Assembly: GCA_034530615.2 (NCBI GenBank)
Contig: JAVRCV020000073.1
Coordinates: forward strand, 160,001-224,000
Reading direction: 5' to 3'
Source: Aulosira sp. ZfuVER01
GTDB lineage: Bacteria; Cyanobacteriota; Cyanobacteriia; Cyanobacteriales; Nostocaceae
DNA: 64,000 nucleotides
Shown: positions 59,150 through 64,000 of the stretch, in pieces
Layout of the letters: each line of letters begins with the position of its first letter
Position numbering within the stretch: position 1 is the first letter of the stretch
The notes under the pieces: generated by a model
What the model was told of the DNA's origin: nothing
Databases searched by the model: none
What the model saw: the letters and a program-made list of their open reading frames with translations, nothing else
Position numbers and translations under genes: made by a program

Positions 59150-60061
59150 TTACTGACCTTGCTGATTCAACATATCCATAGCTATTCTTAAACTATACTT
59201 CATTCGATTAAAGGCTGCTGCCAAGCCACCAATCTCATCTTTATTATCATCATGAAAGTTAGCTTCCATATCTCCTGTACTGACTTGTTGAGCTATTTTT
59301 TCTATTCTCTTAATGCGGTCAATTACAGTTTTCTTGATTAAGAAGTTGATTAAAATAACTACAACCGCAAAGATAGCAATTAATAGCCCCATAATCAAAA
59401 TCCAAGTTTTTTGGGCGCTATTAAACACTTCTTCTGAAGGAACGGAGATAATTTGGGCAGCAACAATCTCATTGAGTTTCCAGCCGAAACCATTGTTTGA
59501 GCCATAAGTTGTTAACTGGCTTTTAGGAGCTTGATCTGGGGTGGAATGACAGCGCAGACATTTCTCCTGTTTAATAGCCAAGGGTCGGGCAATATAAAAT
59601 ACTTTTCCTTCAGGAACATCACGAAAATCGGCAATTTCTTGAAGCTTGGAATTATTACGGAATCGCTCCACAATTTGACTTTCAAAACTATCAGCTTTAT
59701 CCCTTAAGTTTGTAGGGTTCAGTGTAGCTTCTTTGTAAAGGTAATTTTTATATACATCATTCTTGCGTAAGTTCTCAAACACTTCTGTCGCAGAGAAGGC
59801 TGGAATTGCTTCTGGGATAAATACTGGTTCGCTTTCTAACTGAGGTGCTAGTCGGGGATTTACGTTATCTTGTGTATATTTTCGTACTGAGTTCATAGTT
59901 TGAATCAGAATCAGTGCTTTGTCAGCTACTTCATTTTGCGCTCTCCCCTGAAGTACACTTGATAATGCAGTGCCACTGATTACAATGCTAATGATGAAAA
60001 CTACGATCAAAAGCAAGTTAAACTTAGTACCAATTTTAAACTCTTTTAACTTTTTAAGCAT
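59150..60061 (-). CDS. Membrane protein: TM - DUF3365/Tll0287-like c-haem domain - TM - HAMP, no output domain
   Basis: YKEATLNPTN..DKAD, YIARPL, CLRCH and GFGWKLNEIVAAQI motifs; HAMP (DEIGGLAAAFNRM) at the C-terminus. Confidence 0.85.
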   Translation of the reverse strand: MLKKLKEFKIGTKFNLLLIVVFIISIVISGTALSSVLQGRAQNEVADKALILIQTMNSVRKYTQDNVNPRLAPQLESEPVFIPEAIPAFSATEVFENLRKNDVYKNYLYKEATLNPTNLRDKADSFESQIVERFRNNSKLQEIADFRDVPEGKVFYIARPLAIKQEKCLRCHSTPDQAPKSQLTTYGSNNGFGWKLNEIVAAQIISVPSEEVFNSAQKTWILIMGLLIAIFAVVVILINFLIKKTVIDRIKRIEKIAQQVSTGDMEANFHDDNKDEIGGLAAAFNRMKYSLRIAMDMLNQQGQ

Positions 60062-60246
60062 AATTCTTATCTCTAGACAAAACTTTACAGACGATTGTGA
60101 AAACTTAACCTAGCTAATTTTATTTATAGCTGGTTTGTAGCAGATACTTCAAAAGTAAACAAATATTAATTTAATAGTTCGATATTAATCGTCTTTACCA
60201 TATTTAAGCATAAGATCCAGATAATTTTAGATAAATAAAATTACTG

Positions 60247-61107
60247 ATGTCTTGGAAATTATCTCGTCGTTTTTTTCTGTTACAAATGCTGTTTTGGGCG
60301 GTGAATGGATGCCAACCAAAAGCTCAGTTTGATGGTGACTTAACTATCGGTACTATTAGCTATGGTGGCGGAGAAGACATAATTACCCAATACGCAAAAT
60401 TCAATCGCTACTTAGCTGAAAAAACCAAATCTCACGTTAGGCTAGAGCCTGCTTTTAATGAAAATAAAGCAATTGAGCGGCTGGAAGCGCGGGCTTGGTC
60501 TTTAGTATTTGCACCGCCAGGTTTAGCCGCAATTGCGATCGCTCGCTATCAATACGTTCCACTTTTTCCTTTAGTGGGTGTGAGTAATTTGCGCTCAATT
60601 TTCGTAGTGCGCAAAGATAGCCCAATCTTGGAATTAAAACAGCTACAAGGCCAAACAGTTGCTTTAGGTCAAGCAGGTTCAGCAACAGGATATTATTTCC
60701 CACTCTTCAATCTTTTTGGTCTAACACTAGCAGAAATTATTTCTGCACCTACACCCAAAACAGTAATGGAGTGGGTAGCTGTAGGTAAAGCTACTGCTGG
60801 TGCTGTCTCGATCGCGGAATTTAATCTTTACAGTTCCCAGTTACAGCAGACCCAATTTCGCATACTCTACACAGACCCACACTATGTACCAGCAGGTGTA
60901 GTTTTGATTGGGCCGAATATCGAACGGAACCGTCAAGAGTACATTCGCAAAGTCATGAGTGATTTTCCTTCAGGTTTAGCTCAAGAAGTGGGGTATGTAA
61001 CCAATGGAAAAATACCAGATTATCAATACATGATTTCTGTTGTTGAGCGAGTGAAATTGATTGCTCCCCAAATACAAACCAAACCTGTACGGCTATTTGT
61101 TACTTGA
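60247..61107 (+). CDS. PhnD/SsuA-like substrate-binding protein (Tat lipoprotein)
   Basis: SRRFFL twin-Arg motif and VNGC lipobox; SIFVVRKDSPI..L..LQG..VALG..GSATGYYFP. Confidence 0.85.
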   Translation: MSWKLSRRFFLLQMLFWAVNGCQPKAQFDGDLTIGTISYGGGEDIITQYAKFNRYLAEKTKSHVRLEPAFNENKAIERLEARAWSLVFAPPGLAAIAIARYQYVPLFPLVGVSNLRSIFVVRKDSPILELKQLQGQTVALGQAGSATGYYFPLFNLFGLTLAEIISAPTPKTVMEWVAVGKATAGAVSIAEFNLYSSQLQQTQFRILYTDPHYVPAGVVLIGPNIERNRQEYIRKVMSDFPSGLAQEVGYVTNGKIPDYQYMISVVERVKLIAPQIQTKPVRLFVT

Positions 61108-61211
61108 TTGATCAGTAGCCATTGTCGAGCTAATTAGTTCCAAATTAAACTCCATATTCCGTATATTCTGTTGCAGAATCTTTCTGTCATCAGAATAAAC
61201 GCCAATTAATT

Positions 61212-61429
61212 AAGAATATTTCTTGATAATTATTTGAGTAATTATCTTTTTGCTATAAAATCTCAATATTTTGAACTCTTGCCAAAGAGCTTGACTACCA
61301 GTATGAGGCATTTGAGCCTTACTGCAAAGGTGTTTTCGCATTATAAACCGAATCAAGCCTGTCTGTTAACTTAAAATAAGTTATTAAATTCTACTGAATA
61401 TTTTAGCAGCTAGTTGATAAGAACTTGCA
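61212..61429. promoter_or_regulatory. Putative Fur-type operator sites
   Basis: GATAATTA-N6-TAATTATC (61225-61246) and TGATAAGAACTTGCA (61415-61429) upstream of iron genes; the AT-rich background lowers specificity. Confidence 0.45.
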
Positions 61430-61531
61430 TTATATGCGAAAGTACAATGTATGACAGATTGTCAAATCAAACTACTGTTCGTAGCTTGAGCAGTTGCAAT
61501 TGCTATCCACCGAGTATTTCCAAGCGCACAA

Positions 61532-62566
61532 ATGATAAAATATCGCTATATCTGTTTAACTGTTGCGGCGGCGGCTATAGTTAGTTTAAGTTCCTGTAAC
61601 AGTACACCCATAGCAGAAAACCCAGCTACACCATCTGCTAGCTCTCCTGCACAGGTGACTGAAGCCACAACTCACAGCAGTCACGGTAGCAAGGCGAAAA
61701 TTAACATTAATACTGCTATCTTGTCAGATCTGGATAAATTTGAAGCTAAACTAGGTATCCCAGCACTATCAAATAAAATTCAGGCAAATCGGCCCTACGC
61801 TAGCCGAGAAGATTTAGTTAGCAAAAAAGTGATTACCCAAGAACAGTTCGACCAAATTAAAGATGCAGTCACTGTTCAGGAAGTGGTACTCACAGGCGAA
61901 GCCAAAGATGTTGATTACATGACAAAGCTGGGTCTAATGAAAGGCCATCTGTTGGTGGCTCAAGAACTTTTGGATAAAAATCAGCCGAAACAGGCTGAAC
62001 CTCATATTGGACACCCAGTTGAAGAAATTTACGTTGATGTAGAAGACCAACTTAATGAGCGCAAGGTTAAAGAATTTAAAACCACTTTGGTAAGTTTGCA
62101 AGATTTAGTCAAATCTAATCCCAAGAATGCCAAAGTCAAAACTGATTTTACCTCGTCAGTGCAAGCAGTTGATGGTGCGATCGCGGTGTTACCAGAATCT
62201 CAGCGCTCAAAACCCGGATTTGTGCTACAGGTAATCAACGGATTGTTAGATGCAGCAAATTCAGAATATGGAGCTGCGATCGCCAATGGTAAAATAGCTG
62301 CTGCAATTGAATATCAAGACTCTCGTGGCTTTGTAATCTACGCAAATGAATTGTATAAAGGCATTTCTAGCCAAGTAGCACAAACAAGTCCTGACGCAAA
62401 CAAAGCAATTGAGGCGAGTTTTGTTGACTTGGTGAAAGTTTGGCCCGCTGCTATCCCACCAGCCCAGCCAGTGAAAACTCCTGAGGATGTCAGCAAACTT
62501 GTAAAAACCATTGAGCAAAACTCTCAACAAGTGATTGAAAAAGCAAGCACCCAAGCACAGCAATAG
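61532..62566 (+). CDS. Lipoprotein with HhH/PsbU-like domain and His/Glu-rich helical domain (probable iron-uptake component)
   Basis: LSSC lipobox; KININTA...IQANRPY.S.EDL; GHLLVA, PHIGHPVEEIY and EYQDSRGF motifs. Confidence 0.75.
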   Translation: MIKYRYICLTVAAAAIVSLSSCNSTPIAENPATPSASSPAQVTEATTHSSHGSKAKININTAILSDLDKFEAKLGIPALSNKIQANRPYASREDLVSKKVITQEQFDQIKDAVTVQEVVLTGEAKDVDYMTKLGLMKGHLLVAQELLDKNQPKQAEPHIGHPVEEIYVDVEDQLNERKVKEFKTTLVSLQDLVKSNPKNAKVKTDFTSSVQAVDGAIAVLPESQRSKPGFVLQVINGLLDAANSEYGAAIANGKIAAAIEYQDSRGFVIYANELYKGISSQVAQTSPDANKAIEASFVDLVKVWPAAIPPAQPVKTPEDVSKLVKTIEQNSQQVIEKASTQAQQ

Positions 62567-62739
62567 CAATTTGACCGGATTGGAGATGTAGAGAGGAGTT
62601 TAAAATGAGGAAATAGTGAGGAAATAGTTAGGAGCTAAGAGTGAAGATCGTCTCGACTTTTAACACTTCAAAAAAGTATCACTCTTAACTTAATTACTCA
62701 TTACTCTACATTCATAACCTTTGCTTAAATTAACAACTG

Positions 62740-63174
62740 ATGCAAGAGCTTGACCACAAAAAGACTATCGACCTACTCAACGCCATCATGGAATTTGAAT
62801 TAGCAGGAGTAGTGCGCTATACACATTATTCCCTGATGGTAACGGGACCTAACCGTATTCCCATTGTGGCATTTTTTAAAGCGCAGGCCAGTGAATCTCT
62901 ACTTCATGCGCAACAAGTTGGTGAAATTCTTACAGGTTTAGATGGGCATCCTTCCTTAAGAATTGCTCCGATGGAAGAAACTTATCAACATTCAGTCAAG
63001 GATATCTTGGCAGAAAGTTTATCCCATGAAAAGAAAGCGCTAGATCTGTATAAAAATCTTCTAGAAACTGTCACCAATGCCAGTATTTATCTAGAAGAGT
63101 TCGCTCGTGGCATGATTGGTCAAGAAGAGATGCATAATCTTGAACTGAAAAAAATGTTACGGGATTTTAGTTAA
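62740..63174 (+). CDS. Bacterioferritin-like (ferritin superfamily) protein
   Basis: Four-helix pattern ELAGVVRY ... H ... EKKALDLY ... EEMH. Confidence 0.85.
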   Translation: MQELDHKKTIDLLNAIMEFELAGVVRYTHYSLMVTGPNRIPIVAFFKAQASESLLHAQQVGEILTGLDGHPSLRIAPMEETYQHSVKDILAESLSHEKKALDLYKNLLETVTNASIYLEEFARGMIGQEEMHNLELKKMLRDFS

Positions 63175-63268
63175 TAGTTAATAGTCAAGAGTCAATTGTT
63201 AAGAGTCAAAATATTGACTTTGGAATGTTGACTCTTGACTGTTGACTTTGGAATGTTGACTTTGGACG
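63170..63268. repeat. STRR-like heptamer tracts in inverted orientation (AGTCAAG / TTGACT)
   Basis: Visible directly between the ferritin-like and FTR1 genes. Confidence 0.75.
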
Positions 63269-63275
63269 ATTAAAA

Positions 63276-64000
63276 ATGAATTTTAGTACTGCCTTACCTA
63301 CTTTTGTAATTACACTCCGAGAAGGAGTTGAAGCCGCTCTCATTGTGGGAATTGTGCTGGCGTTACTGAAAAAAGGCAAACAATCTCGACTCAACTCTTG
63401 GGTATATGCTGGTGTCGGTGTTGGTATTGCTGTCAGTGCGCTGATAGGTGCACTTTTTGGCTGGGTAATTCAGGGATTAGGTGCAATCAACCCTCAATAT
63501 ACCTCTGTAGTTGAGCCGATGCTGGAGGGTACATTTAGCGTCTTAGCAATTATTATGCTCAGCTGGATGCTGCTCTGGATGACTAAACAAGCCAGATTTA
63601 TGAAAGCTACAGTTGAGGGAGCTGTAACGCAAGCACTAACAAAAAATTCAAATGCAGGTTGGGGCGTTTTTAGCTTAATTCTGGTTGCTGTTGTTCGCGA
63701 AGGCTTTGAAACTGTTCTATTTATTGCTGCTAATTTTCAACAAGGATTCATACCTGCTGTAGGTGCAATTGCTGGTTTAGTAACAGCAATTGCTATTGGA
63801 GTACTGTTATTTAAATGGGGTGTGAAAATTAATATTCGCCAATTCTTCCAAGTAATGGGTGTTTTATTAGTTTTGATAGTGGCTGGTTTGGTAGTTTCAG
63901 CTTTGCAGCATTTCAATGACGCTGTAGCTAGTTTATCCCTCAGTAGCCGTGCTACTGAGAGCCTTTGTTTCTATTACGAGCGTTTTACTAAGGTTCACTC
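63276..64000 (+). CDS. FTR1/EfeU-family iron permease (3' end beyond the window)
   Basis: ATG 63276 gives MNFSTALPTFVITLREGVEAAL... with a second VREGFET motif; multiple TM segments; no stop before the window end. Confidence 0.92.
   Translation, partial: MNFSTALPTFVITLREGVEAALIVGIVLALLKKGKQSRLNSWVYAGVGVGIAVSALIGALFGWVIQGLGAINPQYTSVVEPMLEGTFSVLAIIMLSWMLLWMTKQARFMKATVEGAVTQALTKNSNAGWGVFSLILVAVVREGFETVLFIAANFQQGFIPAVGAIAGLVTAIAIGVLLFKWGVKINIRQFFQVMGVLLVLIVAGLVVSALQHFNDAVASLSLSSRATESLCFYYERFTKVH

Overview
A 64-kb chromosomal window from a heterocyst-forming (Nostocales-type) cyanobacterium. The assignment rests on dense HIP1 octamers (GCGATCGC), heptamer STRR tracts, patA with an upstream HetR-type site, susA, katB and rexT-trxA2. 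Most of the window is housekeeping and stress genes: redox/oxidative stress (rexT/trxA2, Mn-catalase, Hsp20, sulfiredoxin, Dps), tetrapyrrole metabolism (hemD, hemN, cobA, SirB/CbiX chelatase, bvdR), a small polysaccharide export cluster (wzm/wzt, GT2, GT4), petF, map, tRNA-His, a Yfr2-like sRNA and many miniature repeats or MITE-like elements. I see no CRISPR array, rRNA, prophage or intact transposase. The most promising leads are: (i) a three-gene module of a Ser/Thr kinase with two C-terminal helical repeats, a c-type-haem (CxxCH) membrane sensor that ends at its HAMP domain with no output domain, and a Tat-lipoprotein PhnD-like binding protein; (ii) a ~200-nt highly paired RNA-like element between petF and bvdR; (iii) a putative iron-uptake operon (HhH/His-rich lipoprotein, atypical bacterioferritin, FTR1); (iv) an in-frame stop four codons after the coupled ATG of cobA; (v) an hli pseudogene missing its membrane helix; (vi) an apparently exported lipoprotein methyltransferase behind an amino-acid permease. 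All product calls come from motif recognition by eye, and no database searches were run.
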